Shown: positions 47,100-57,219 of the stretch, piece by piece
How the letters are laid out: each line of letters starts with the position of its first letter
Numbering within the stretch: position 1 is the stretch's first letter
Assembly: GCA_038131935.1 (NCBI GenBank)
Contig: JAYPQH010000030.1
Location: forward strand, 64,001-128,000
Direction: 5' to 3'
Source of the DNA: Alphaproteobacteria bacterium
Lineage (GTDB): Bacteria > Pseudomonadota > Alphaproteobacteria > UBA8317
Length of the DNA: 64,000 nt
Position numbers and translations under genes: made by a program
Notes under the pieces: generated by a model
The model's database searches: none
What the model was told of the DNA's origin: nothing
Seen by the model: only the letters and a program-made list of their open reading frames with translations

Positions 47100-47413
47100 T
47101 ATCTTTGCTTTCATTCTTGTCTATTTTTTTAAAAACAGGGGCTGTTTGCATGATAGCCCTCATGGTGATTGTTTTTGTCAGTTGGATTGCTTGATTTAGC
47201 AACAACAAAATTGTGTTTTGAGGTTTCTGATGTCATTTGGTTTGATGCGTCAAAGCAAATAGGTTGGTTTTTATTTATTGCAAACCCATGTTTTTAAATA
47301 ATAAATAGGGAAAAAATAGAATATAGAATAAGATGATGTAATCATTAATTTAATGAAAATTGATCTCTCCCAAATTTAATGTGAATATGTTAATGATATG
47401 CTCGAAGTCACAA

Positions 47414-47490
47414 GGTCCCGTAGCTCAGCAGGATAGAGCATCAGATTCCTAATCTGAGGGTCACAGGTTCGAATCCTGTCGGGATCACCA
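47414..47490 (+). tRNA. tRNA-Arg (anticodon CCT)
   Basis: 77 nt, GGTCCCG acceptor, anticodon arm TCAGA-TTCCTAA-TCTGA, GGTTCGAATCC T-arm, encoded CCA. Confidence 0.97.
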
Positions 47491-47563
47491 CTTGCATATA
47501 TGAAAAAACGCAATATTTGTGGTGAAAATTCTTGTGAGAAATTAAATAAAATAACAAAAGTAA

Positions 47564-48286
47564 ATGGTGTTAGGGCGGTATTTTGGGAGAGAAACAATTA
47601 CCAAGATTCATTTTACCCCAGATAATCGAATACTCCCTGAGGAAATAAACCCAAATGATAATGAAAATGTGCTTGTTGTGATTGATATGCAGCGTGATTT
47701 TGTCAAACCGGGAGGCTTTGGGGCGAGCCTTGGGAACGACGTTATCCGTCTGACGGCTATAGTACCGATAGTCCGCCAATTGCTTGTGGGATTTCGAACC
47801 GCAGGTCTTCCTGTTTTTCACACCAGAGAATGCCATGCACCTGACTTATCAGATTGCCCACAAGCCAAACAGATGCGGGGTAATCCCGCACTTAGAATTG
47901 GAGATATTGGCCCGATGGGACGCATTTTGATTGCTGGTGAGCCTGGTGCTGAAATAATACCGGAACTTGCCCAGATACCAGGTGAAATCGTTATTGATAA
48001 GCCTGGAAAAGGAGCATTTTACGCAACGGATTTTGGCGCCATCCTCGAAGAAAGTCGCATGCGTCAATTGGTTTTTGCTGGGGTTACAACCGAGGTATGT
48101 GTTCAGACGACAATGCGAGAAGCAAATGACCGAGGTTACGATTGTTTAGTCGCAACAGATGCAACAGATAGTTATTTTCCAGAGTTCAAAGCCGCTACGA
48201 TTGAAATGATTACTGCTCAATGAGGAATTGTCGGTTGGGCGGCTCCCGTACATGCTATTTTGAGAGCGATTCAAGATGAAACCTAA
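47564..48286 (+). pseudogene. Cysteine hydrolase (isochorismatase family), triuret hydrolase TrtA-like; in-frame TGA at 48221-48223 and atypical N-terminus
   Basis: [43 protein letters not shown]; continues as AQ*GIVGW to TAA at 48286. Confidence 0.72.
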
Positions 48287-48608
48287 ATCATTCATAAATC
48301 TTCTTCCAAATAACTGGGATAGATTGCCATTTGAGCCATTTCGAGAGGGAATAGAAATATACAATCTTTGGTCAGGCGGCCCAAATGTGTCGCTGCTACG
48401 GTATGCGCCAGGCGCTTCAGTTCCTCGCCACCGTCATTTGGGATTAGAGACTATAATCGTACTTTCGGGGAGTCAAAGTGATGAGAGGGGACTCTACGCG
48501 ACAGGATGGATTATCTTTAATCCTGCCGGCTTTGAGCATAGCGTTTGGTCGGAAGATGGTTGTACAGTGCTTATCAATTGGGAAAAGCCGGTAAAGTTTC
48601 TAGATTAG
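48276..48608 (+). CDS. Cupin domain protein (ChrR-like cupin)
   Basis: LLRY.PGASVPRHRH.G.E..VLSGSQSDE, HSVWSE.GC. Confidence 0.82.
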   Translation: MKPKSFINLLPNNWDRLPFEPFREGIEIYNLWSGGPNVSLLRYAPGASVPRHRHLGLETIIVLSGSQSDERGLYATGWIIFNPAGFEHSVWSEDGCTVLINWEKPVKFLD

Positions 48609-49250
48609 TTGGTTTTGGTTTATCGTAATTTTTGCTTCGTAATGTGATTGATACGGCAAAGGCTGGAAAAATTAAATGTGATGACATTCAAAAACAGCCG
48701 ACATGTGTTAAGATATCTCCTTGATTACAATGGATTAAGGTTTTGGTCTCGGTTCAATTCTTAGAAGAATGAAGTAGTAGGTTTTCATTTGTTAAGGCCT
48801 TTATTCCAAATACACAATATTTTGGTTTTGGAGAGATAAATGATCTCGTTAAAGAGCATTTGGAAGAAGAAGATCTGTTGTGTGTTGGTCAATGATATAG
48901 CAACAATGAAATTTTAAAATAATCGCTCAGCTGGTTCCGCTCTATTGACCTTTTCGTTTTTTTCAAAAGACACAATTCCTTTTGATGAAGAAGATTTGTC
49001 CTAAGCGTATCTGGTTAAGTAGGGCATTTGTATTCTCAGAGAAGCTAATTGTCCTTTAGTGGTAAAATCTGAAATGTTGGCATGACGCAGGCAAGTCTAC
49101 TCACGCTAAATGGTTGAAAGCGCAAGCTAGATCATATTTAGCTAATATTGTAGTTCCTCCAGATAGTTGCGGAGCTTCAACAAATATCTGAGCCAAATCT
49201 ATAGCAAATACTTTGGTCAGTGCGAGGTTTGAGATGTGAGTCGAGGAATG

Positions 49251-49649
49251 CTAGTCTTGGATATCGTTTAATTTTGTATTGAACTTTAATTGGGTAATGA
49301 CGTCCAAATTTTCTTGGCTATACACTGTGAATTTTCCGAATATGGGACACCTATCGAAGTGAAGTACATACTGATTGATTTTAACCTTGGGTCCCAATGA
49401 TTCAGAGGATAGCAAATGCCAATCGTTTAGCTTCCCGCACAATTGATTGATGTTCATGTACTGTTGGATAAGTTCATTTGTTTTCCCTGCTCTTGAGAGA
49501 AGGGAACCATTAAACCAAATGTTAACGGCTCTATCAATGAGTCCTTGCTTTAAAGCAGAAAGACCTTCGTCAATAACTGCTTCAGATCGCGCTAACCCGA
49601 AAGTCATCATTAAAATCGCGGCACCAACGATAACTTGTTTCATGTACAT
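49251..49649 (-). CDS. Small exported hypothetical protein
   Basis: Signal-peptide-like MKQVIVGAAILMMTFGLARSEA, 132 aa. Confidence 0.7.
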   Translation of the reverse strand: MYMKQVIVGAAILMMTFGLARSEAVIDEGLSALKQGLIDRAVNIWFNGSLLSRAGKTNELIQQYMNINQLCGKLNDWHLLSSESLGPKVKINQYVLHFDRCPIFGKFTVYSQENLDVITQLKFNTKLNDIQD

Positions 49650-49823
49650 GTCCCACTAACAATTAATATTGTATGATAATCCAGGAATGAAGAATTTACA
49701 TCGAAATAAGTCCCCACAATACTATAGTTGATACATAGAACAACTTACTTTATTGTTTCAGGCAACCCGGTCTTTGTCCAGAGCTGTGGTTTTAGAAAAT
49801 AGCATAGAACTAGGAGAAAACAG

Positions 49824-50570
49824 TTGTTCAAGAAGCTTGTTCCCGTCACAAAAGATGCGCACAAGGCGTTCAAAATGAAACCGCTTGTTGATTTCAAGTT
49901 TGCAGGAAATGTACATTTAGCCTCTTTGATGGCACATGAGTTTGTTCGTGCAGCGTCAGTTTACCCAATAATCTTTGTTGAAGATGGTTCCGATGGGTTT
50001 CGTCCGGTTGCGTTAATGGGATTGGTACCTGAACAAAATCTCTTCATTGATGATGATGGAAATTGGAATGCCTCATACATACCAGCCATTATTCGTCGAT
50101 ACCCATTCGCTCTGGCTAAGTTAGGGGATGGTGATCAGTACACTGTGTGCCTTGATGAAGAAAGCAGTTTATTTGCGAAGAAAGGTGATGGCAAACCGCT
50201 GTTTGATAAAGATGGTGAGCCTACAGTGGTTATAGATAACGTTAAGAAATATTTGACAGAGCTACAGCAAATGGATGTGTTCACAAAAGACTTTTGTAGT
50301 TTTCTGAAAGAACAAAACATGTTCACACTTTTGAACATGCGGGTAGTCGATGATGAGCAGCTAAAAACTATCACCGGTTGTTATGTTGTTAACGAAGAGC
50401 GTTTGAACAACCTATCCGATAAAGCTTTCCTTGATGTAAAACAAAAGAATTTTCTGCCCGCGATTTATGCGCATCTTCTATCTCTATCGCAGGTTGAGCG
50501 CTTGTCTGTGCTTAAACGTGAGAAATTAGCTCAAGCCAGTCTGGCTACAGACAAATCATCTATGCACTGA
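49824..50570 (+). CDS. SapC family protein
   Basis: EF.RAAS.YPIIF, PVALMGL...NLF, YIPA.IRRYPF, VNEERL..LSD, IYAHL.SL; AGGAG RBS before TTG. Confidence 0.9.
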   Translation: MFKKLVPVTKDAHKAFKMKPLVDFKFAGNVHLASLMAHEFVRAASVYPIIFVEDGSDGFRPVALMGLVPEQNLFIDDDGNWNASYIPAIIRRYPFALAKLGDGDQYTVCLDEESSLFAKKGDGKPLFDKDGEPTVVIDNVKKYLTELQQMDVFTKDFCSFLKEQNMFTLLNMRVVDDEQLKTITGCYVVNEERLNNLSDKAFLDVKQKNFLPAIYAHLLSLSQVERLSVLKREKLAQASLATDKSSMH

Positions 50571-50586
50571 ACGTTGAATAAATCAT

Positions 50587-51285
50587 TTAAGAGTGCTGAT
50601 CGTATGTTAAAGAGGAGGATTGGCTGCCATTAAGGTAATGGACACTCGAAATGGCGATTGCGTAGAACAGTTGGAGCCATTTACGATCGTTAAGCATAAG
50701 AGCAGATCTGTCGGGTAACCGATTGAGGCAATTTAAATCAACATAAAAGTACTTATTGCGGGCTGTTGTATCTCCAACCGGTTTCAGTAAGCCAACACGT
50801 GATGCAACAAACCCTAGTTCCTGTGCTTCGCGTAACCCTTTTGCTAACAAACTAAATAAAGCCATAAGGTTTTGGGTTTCTGTGGTGTAATTCCCGTCTT
50901 CAGAAAAAATCGGGAAATATCCAGATTCACAAAAATAGGGAGAATTTTCATCTACAAAGATCTGTGCTTCTTCTTCATTTGAGCCTTTGATCAGAAATGG
51001 GTATATTCTCAGCAAGCTTGGAACTGCACTTAATTTTATAGACCCTTCTTGACAGACCAGTTTGTTCCTCTGATTTGACGCTCCGATAACCACGGTTGGG
51101 GTGAATATGTCCTGCGAGTTTTCATGTCTATGAGTGAATACAATAGGAAAGAAGCCGGATAACGTCCAGATCTCGGATAGCGTAACGTCGATTTCAGAAA
51201 TTTGAAGCGCGAACTTGAAATCTGTGACAGGTGTAAACCGCATATTGCGATGTTTTCTGCTGTTAAGCGGAACGAAGCTAGGCAT
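50587..51285 (-). CDS. Divergent SapC family protein, last gene of the secretion operon
   Basis: VPLN...H, FPIVF, VPSLLRIYPF, L..LPD...YA...S; overlaps the secA-like stop. Confidence 0.75.
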   Translation of the reverse strand: MPSFVPLNSRKHRNMRFTPVTDFKFALQISEIDVTLSEIWTLSGFFPIVFTHRHENSQDIFTPTVVIGASNQRNKLVCQEGSIKLSAVPSLLRIYPFLIKGSNEEEAQIFVDENSPYFCESGYFPIFSEDGNYTTETQNLMALFSLLAKGLREAQELGFVASRVGLLKPVGDTTARNKYFYVDLNCLNRLPDRSALMLNDRKWLQLFYAIAISSVHYLNGSQSSSLTYDQHS

Positions 51286-53194
51286 CCCTCTTCCTTATTT
51301 CTGCCTTATTGAATGGTAGCGCTCGATGGAGCCAATCCTCATTGTCAAGCAGTTTAAGACGCTGTTTAAAAGAATTTTTCTCAAATCGATTTTGACACAA
51401 ACGGACAATACTTTTCATAATTATGCCTTCGAATTTGGGAAACATTTTCAAAACTGTAGAAAGGATCATCATTTCGAATACTCCCATTTGATTGCGGAAA
51501 AGTGCGTCATCTAGGCTCATTAATTTAAGCACACGGCCTGGGTCCCCTTGGCGCCCGCATCTACCGGTTAATTGACGGTCGATCCTAGATGATTCATTTG
51601 GTTCCGAGACAATCACATGCAGCCCTCCTTTAGACAGCGTTGCTTGATCTAATTTAATATCAACGCCTCGACCAGCCATATTGGTGGCAACGGTGACGCT
51701 TCCTGAAGTCCCTGCTTTTTCAATGAGCTGAGCTTCATTATCGTGATTAATAGCGTTTAAGACATTGTGCTGGATATTTAATTCGTCAAATATTTCCGAG
51801 ACCATCACACTATCTGAGACTGTTTTAACACCAACCAGAACTGCCTTGCCTTCTTGCTGGAGTTTTTTTGTTAAGTTTGCGACAGCAAGTACTTTTTGTT
51901 GTCTTGATTTACAGACAATTGGCTGTTCTTCGATTACTTTTCTCTTCCGGTGTCTTGGTATTTGAAGAACAGGAGTGTCGTAGACATGCCAGAACTCGGT
52001 GAAAGACTCTTTGGCAGTGCCAGTTGTGCAGGCAAGCTTTGGAAAGAGACGGAAAAAATTTTGAAAGGTCATTTGTATAAGAGGAAAGTTTGGATCAGTT
52101 AAGGGAACGCCCTCTTTTGTTTCTATGGCCTGATGCAAGCCACCCGAGAGAGTTCGTTCTGGAGTCAGGCGTCCAGTAAACTCGTCTATTAACACGATCT
52201 TTTCATGCTCTACAACATAGTGCACCCCCTTTTGGAAAAGCCATCGTACTTTCAAAGCTTGCGTTAAAAGGTCAATTACGCGCTCTGGACTCTGCCAGCC
52301 AGCAGGAGGCTTATTGCTTGATTTCGACATCATGGTTTCTGCATCGACAAGTAAAGTGACGGTTTTCCGCCTGTGGTCTAGTTTGAAATCTATTGATTGA
52401 CGGAAATTGCTGCTAGTTTTTGACGCCCAAGTTACTGCCTGATGAAGCCCTGGGATGGGTTTTGGGGCAGATATGATTAAAGGTGTCGTTGATTCATCAA
52501 TTAGCATACTGTCTGCCTCATCCACGATGGCGGAATGAATTCCTTTTTCTAGACAGATTAGGCCATCATTTTTTCCTGTTTGCCTTTTGTGCAATAGGTC
52601 TTTTAAAATATCAGCCAAAAGCGTTTTAGGCGTCACATACACCACAGAACTTTGGTAATTCTCCCGCCGAACTTCTGTGGTTTGTGTTTCCACGCACGCG
52701 CCGACGGTAAGCTGAGCATGCTCAAAAAGAGGGGCCATTTCCTCAGCGTCTCGCTGTGCTAAGTAATCGTTAGCAGTTAAAATATGACACGGCTTGCCGG
52801 ACCACCCCAGAAGGACACTGGCCATACCAACAGTGAGGGTTTTGCCTTCGCCAGTTGCCAACTCAGCCAAATAACCCCGGTGTATCGCAAGAGCCCCCAT
52901 GATTTGCTCTTTGTAGGGTTGTAAACCAAGACTTTTCTGGACCAGTATACATATTAGCGCTACACAATCGATCAGACGACCTTTCGCTGTTAATGGGTCG
53001 CGCCGAATTGCCATACGAAGGGATTCCAGTTCTTGGTTCAATTCATCACTACCACTCAATAGAAGTTGTCCCATAAGGGCTGAGACTTGATTAGCTTCAG
53101 TTTCAAGTTTCTTTAGTTGTCTTTTGCTAGATCTGGTCCTCCCGTATAGTTGGTACACGAATGAATCAAAACCTTTTTTACGTTCAGAATTCAT
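51278..53194 (-). CDS. Secondary, C-terminally short SecA paralog (SecA_DEAD protein)
   Basis: ELATGEGKT, TANDYLA.RD, IVDEADS, DEFTGR, GLHQAIE.KE, ATNMAGRG.DI, RID.QL.GRCGRQGDPG; 638 aa. Confidence 0.9.
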   Translation of the reverse strand: MNSERKKGFDSFVYQLYGRTRSSKRQLKKLETEANQVSALMGQLLLSGSDELNQELESLRMAIRRDPLTAKGRLIDCVALICILVQKSLGLQPYKEQIMGALAIHRGYLAELATGEGKTLTVGMASVLLGWSGKPCHILTANDYLAQRDAEEMAPLFEHAQLTVGACVETQTTEVRRENYQSSVVYVTPKTLLADILKDLLHKRQTGKNDGLICLEKGIHSAIVDEADSMLIDESTTPLIISAPKPIPGLHQAVTWASKTSSNFRQSIDFKLDHRRKTVTLLVDAETMMSKSSNKPPAGWQSPERVIDLLTQALKVRWLFQKGVHYVVEHEKIVLIDEFTGRLTPERTLSGGLHQAIETKEGVPLTDPNFPLIQMTFQNFFRLFPKLACTTGTAKESFTEFWHVYDTPVLQIPRHRKRKVIEEQPIVCKSRQQKVLAVANLTKKLQQEGKAVLVGVKTVSDSVMVSEIFDELNIQHNVLNAINHDNEAQLIEKAGTSGSVTVATNMAGRGVDIKLDQATLSKGGLHVIVSEPNESSRIDRQLTGRCGRQGDPGRVLKLMSLDDALFRNQMGVFEMMILSTVLKMFPKFEGIIMKSIVRLCQNRFEKNSFKQRLKLLDNEDWLHRALPFNKAEIRKRDA

Positions 53195-53199
53195 TTTCT

Positions 53200-55371
53200 T
53201 TAGATTCTAAAATGCTTTTGAAGATATTGACTTAATGCTCGATGTATTTGTGAGGCCAATGGTTCTGGAGCAAGCTCAACCCTCAGTGTTGCTAAGCCAC
53301 CATGCATCAGTTTCACATTGGTATCGCCTTCATTGAGCATAATTTTCGATTTAATTTGAAAAAAGGGCTCTGTTGCCTTGAGACCCGTCGGATCTGATGG
53401 TTCTACTGCAATTGAGCCGCCGCCTGGAATGCCGAGGGCTGGGGATGGAAGTATGCCATTATCATGTGGAATTATTTCTAGATCAGTTGTGGTGAGTGTC
53501 TCTCTTTCTTGACCATGTAACTTCAATGTTGTTTCTGCAATAAATGATGCGAAAACATACGTCTGAACCTGTGGGATGACTCCTATAAACTCCCAGGTAT
53601 GATCGTGGGTTACAGTTCCAAGTTGCTGGCCCCGAGCGATGAATTCGCCTGGTGATAACCGCGTTTCATGGCTTGTCCAGATTCCACTCTCTGGTGCTTT
53701 AACCTTGAGTCCTAGAATGTCGTTTTCTATTGTCGTAAGGTATTGATTAACTGAATCCAGTTGTTCATTAATTGGTTCCATTTCGTGTTGATTGTTTACA
53801 AGCGCGTTCTGGAGTCGCTGCTGGAGCTCTTTTTGTTTTGCTTGAGTCGCAGATTTTTGGAAAAAAAGTTCAGGGTTTTCGAGTTGAATAATAATTTGGT
53901 TCGCAACTAATGCAGTCCCGTTGTCTAGGAATTCATCAGAAATATAGCCACTAGTGGTGCTATATACTTTTTGCGTTGACGTAGGTTTTATAATCCCTGA
54001 AACACGGAAGCTATTGTCTACTGGGATGGCAGTAAGTAGAGCTGTGGATGTGACTAAAATCAAGATACTTATACTAAACACTCTCTTCCGCTGGCCATCT
54101 AGACTGTCATCAAATAGAAAATATTTTATCAATTTTAAAAGCGGTACCACAGCAGTTAATATAATGACTGCAATTGCTATGAGTAAGCCCAGATCGAGAT
54201 ACTGATTTGCGATAAAGGCGATTATACCGATCATCAGCGCAATCCAATAAAACATGCTGACAATCCCATAGACTGGAAGGATAATACTCTCGCGAAAGCT
54301 TTGTGCGACTGATTTTGCTCCTCGAACTCCCAAAATATAGCGTTTTGTAAGATATTTTAATTGATTGCGAGACTTCATAAACAAATTAGGTATGTTGAGA
54401 ATATCGACCAAAATATGATAACCGTCGAAACGAAGCAGCGGATTAGCATTGAACAGCACAGTTGATACGCTTGCGGTAAACATAATGTTGTAACAGAAAG
54501 AGTTCAGTAGACCTGGTGCGGTTGCTGACCATATTAATAGGGCTATTGTTGCCACGCCCAATTCAACACCTATGCCAGCTGCAGCAACCAAGAGTCGCTC
54601 CCTCCTGTGTCTGAACCCCCAGCTTGAGCTGGCGTCACAATATGGAATTGGAGTGAATAGGATGAACATCAGACCAATGATGTGAACCTCTCCTCCGAAA
54701 TATTTGCAGAGCGCTCCATGGCCGATTTCGTGGATAGATTTAGTGACAGCGAATCCCATGTAGAGAAGGAACAGGTTATCGAAATCAAGAATCCCCTGTG
54801 AGGGATCGAAGATTATCTCTTTATTATTTAAAAATGTTATAATGCCTGAAACGATAAGTAGGAGATATAGAAATAATCCGATCGGTCCGAACATGAATTT
54901 GATAAATGGAAGTGTTTTATTGAATAACCTATCAGGATCCCAGAGAGGGATTTTGATTGACATAAAACCTAGAAAAGTAGATAGCCGTTCTTGTGATTTT
55001 TTACTATTAAAGCGCTCTATGAAACTCTCGGTGTCCGATAATTGATCATAGATTAACATATTGGAAAGATGCAGTTGCGCTAGGATTTGAATTACTTCTT
55101 CCTGTGAGAGAGTAGTGTTTTGATCGCTTTCTACTGTTTTGTACCAAACTTCCTCTATTGTCTGATCAATGGACATTCTGGCTACAAAATTATATGCCTC
55201 TTCGGAGATTTTAAACCATTCACTGTTCATTCCATCGCGCATCACGTACCAAACCCGTGAGTCAAAAAGCTGCCTTTTTACTTGTACACTGGGACGTAAC
55301 TCACAACGCAGTGAATATACTCGGTGCCAAGAGGAAGAAAAAGTTTGGGTTGATAAGTCGACCGTGTTCAT
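53200..55371 (-). CDS. Fusion of PqqD-like domain, M50 intramembrane metalloprotease and HlyD-type adaptor domain
   Basis: HEIGH zinc motif, AAG, NANPLLRFDG; several TMs; C-terminal coiled coil then APESG lipoyl-like half-motif. Confidence 0.85.
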   Translation of the reverse strand: MNTVDLSTQTFSSSWHRVYSLRCELRPSVQVKRQLFDSRVWYVMRDGMNSEWFKISEEAYNFVARMSIDQTIEEVWYKTVESDQNTTLSQEEVIQILAQLHLSNMLIYDQLSDTESFIERFNSKKSQERLSTFLGFMSIKIPLWDPDRLFNKTLPFIKFMFGPIGLFLYLLLIVSGIITFLNNKEIIFDPSQGILDFDNLFLLYMGFAVTKSIHEIGHGALCKYFGGEVHIIGLMFILFTPIPYCDASSSWGFRHRRERLLVAAAGIGVELGVATIALLIWSATAPGLLNSFCYNIMFTASVSTVLFNANPLLRFDGYHILVDILNIPNLFMKSRNQLKYLTKRYILGVRGAKSVAQSFRESIILPVYGIVSMFYWIALMIGIIAFIANQYLDLGLLIAIAVIILTAVVPLLKLIKYFLFDDSLDGQRKRVFSISILILVTSTALLTAIPVDNSFRVSGIIKPTSTQKVYSTTSGYISDEFLDNGTALVANQIIIQLENPELFFQKSATQAKQKELQQRLQNALVNNQHEMEPINEQLDSVNQYLTTIENDILGLKVKAPESGIWTSHETRLSPGEFIARGQQLGTVTHDHTWEFIGVIPQVQTYVFASFIAETTLKLHGQERETLTTTDLEIIPHDNGILPSPALGIPGGGSIAVEPSDPTGLKATEPFFQIKSKIMLNEGDTNVKLMHGGLATLRVELAPEPLASQIHRALSQYLQKHFRI

Positions 55372-57219
55372 AACCAGAGTAATTTCCGAATAAAATTGAT
55401 CGTGCGATATGTCATCGACCAGATAAGCGGCTGCGAACCTGTTTTGATTTTAGCGGTACCTCCCATACCAGGTCGCCACCAACCCTTTTTGTCTGTCTCA
55501 AATTTACCTTTCGCTACAAAAATATTTGAACCATTTTTTACCTGCGCGATTGGATCGATGCTAGTTAACGTGAATGGAATTCGTTCATCAGGACGCCCAG
55601 CAACCAGTAATTCCCCAGAGAGATCATCGTTTAAGAAATGCATGTCGTTTTGATTGATCTCTAGCTCTAGGTACAGCTCATCTGTATCGGCCAATCGCAT
55701 AAGCATATCGCCACGCTTGACCGGTGAGCCTAGTGCTTGTGTTAAGTCTCCCTCAACAACAATCCCGTTACGTGGCGCGCGAATTTGTGCACTCGCCATT
55801 CGAAACCTAACAAGATCTAGCTTCGCCTGAGATTGGGCGAGTTGAGCTCTCGCAATTTGCAATTCTGCAAACTTGCCCGTTGCAAGAGACCTTTCTATTT
55901 CTGTTTGATGACGAGCAGTTTCCGCGACAGCAACTTTCTCTTCCTGGATTAATTCTCGTATATCCATTTCCACGAGTTTATCATCTTTTCGGACTGAGCT
56001 ACCTAATTCAACATATACGTTTGACAGGAAACCATCGAACGGAGCGGGGATTATTATCGCGTGTACAGCGCGAATTGTAGCTTTTGTATCAATACGATGA
56101 TTAGTTTCAACGGCAAAAAGTGTAGAGAAGATAATGAGACCCGCGATGGCAAAGAGTTTAGCGGTAATTTTTCTAGGGCCAAATAACCATGTAGTTAAAT
56201 TGATAAGTTTATAAAATAACTGGATAACAAAAGGTCTGCTTGAGTTTAAACTTCTCTCTAGAACTGGTCCTAAGGTAGTGACTAAAAATTCAATTTGTTT
56301 TAACTCATTATCATTTGGGTTATTCCCATTGAACTCAAGGGTTAAAACACCCAAGGTATCTTTTAGACCACGTATCGGTATTGACACTAGACTCTGATTT
56401 CCATGATTTCTGGAAAATATTTTATGCTGGCGATATATATAAAAATCCATTTGTTCAGATGGATAGGTGATGACTAGATCTTGGTCAGCGGATTCTTCCA
56501 TGGCGTTGATTAAATCTTGAGCAAGTGAAGATCGTCGATCAAAATTCGCTGATTGACTTATCGCTTTCAGGCTAATTCTTTTTCGAACGAAAATACCTAA
56601 ACTGACCCGATTTGATACCAGATGTGCGGCTAAGGAATTGCAGAGGAAAAAACAGGATTCTAAGAAACTGTCTTTTGAGCAGAGCTGGTAGACTATTGAA
56701 ATTACTTTGTCATTACTCAACCTCAACGGTTGGTCGGTTAAGCTATCCACTAAAGTTTGGTTTGACTTCCCTCCCAGATCGCGAATTGCGAACTCCATCA
56801 TTGTTCTCTGAGCCGGCTGCATTCCAGAGGTGATACTTTTAATTTCAACCCAGGCCAACACGGTGGATCTTTTCCCAAAGGACCCTTTATCGAGAGGTAG
56901 AACATGTAATACCCGAGTTTCATCAACCTGTTTGGTTTGCTTGGTGTCTGTTTGATAGGCTAGTTCACAGGTTTCTAGAAGTTCTGATGCATGGGGTAGA
57001 TAGATCAATTTGAGCTTGAGGGTATTTATGATTTGCCTTCCAAGATTGGGTATCTATCGAACGCTCAAGGTGCAAAACAATTTCAGCCATAAAGCACTTG
57101 TGGATGATGCTCAGGAGATGCACTCTAACCTTTTCATTCTCCATGGTTGAGTCGCTGATCAAATTTAGCGAATATATAAGCGAAGTCTCAATATTTTGCA
57201 CTGAGTTGAGATCATTCAT
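55368..57219 (-). CDS. GAF-domain periplasmic adaptor (HlyD/RND MFP); frameshift at ~56990
   Basis: GAF-like segment (AMEESADQ..., SLVSIPI...LGVLTLE), one TM, APFDG/APRNG lipoyl halves, WWRPGMGG; the 5' ORF MNDLNS overlaps the upstream stop. Confidence 0.82.

Noticed and set aside
47235-47260. Inverted repeat ATTTGGTTTGA-TGCG-TCAAAGCAAAT as an FNR/FixK box
   Set aside because: Spacing does not fit TTGAT-N4-ATCAA; it may be a weak terminator but the function is unsupported.
48609-49250. Possible decayed gene fragments in the 640-bp spacer
   Set aside because: Only short frames with frequent stops; no family recognisable by eye.
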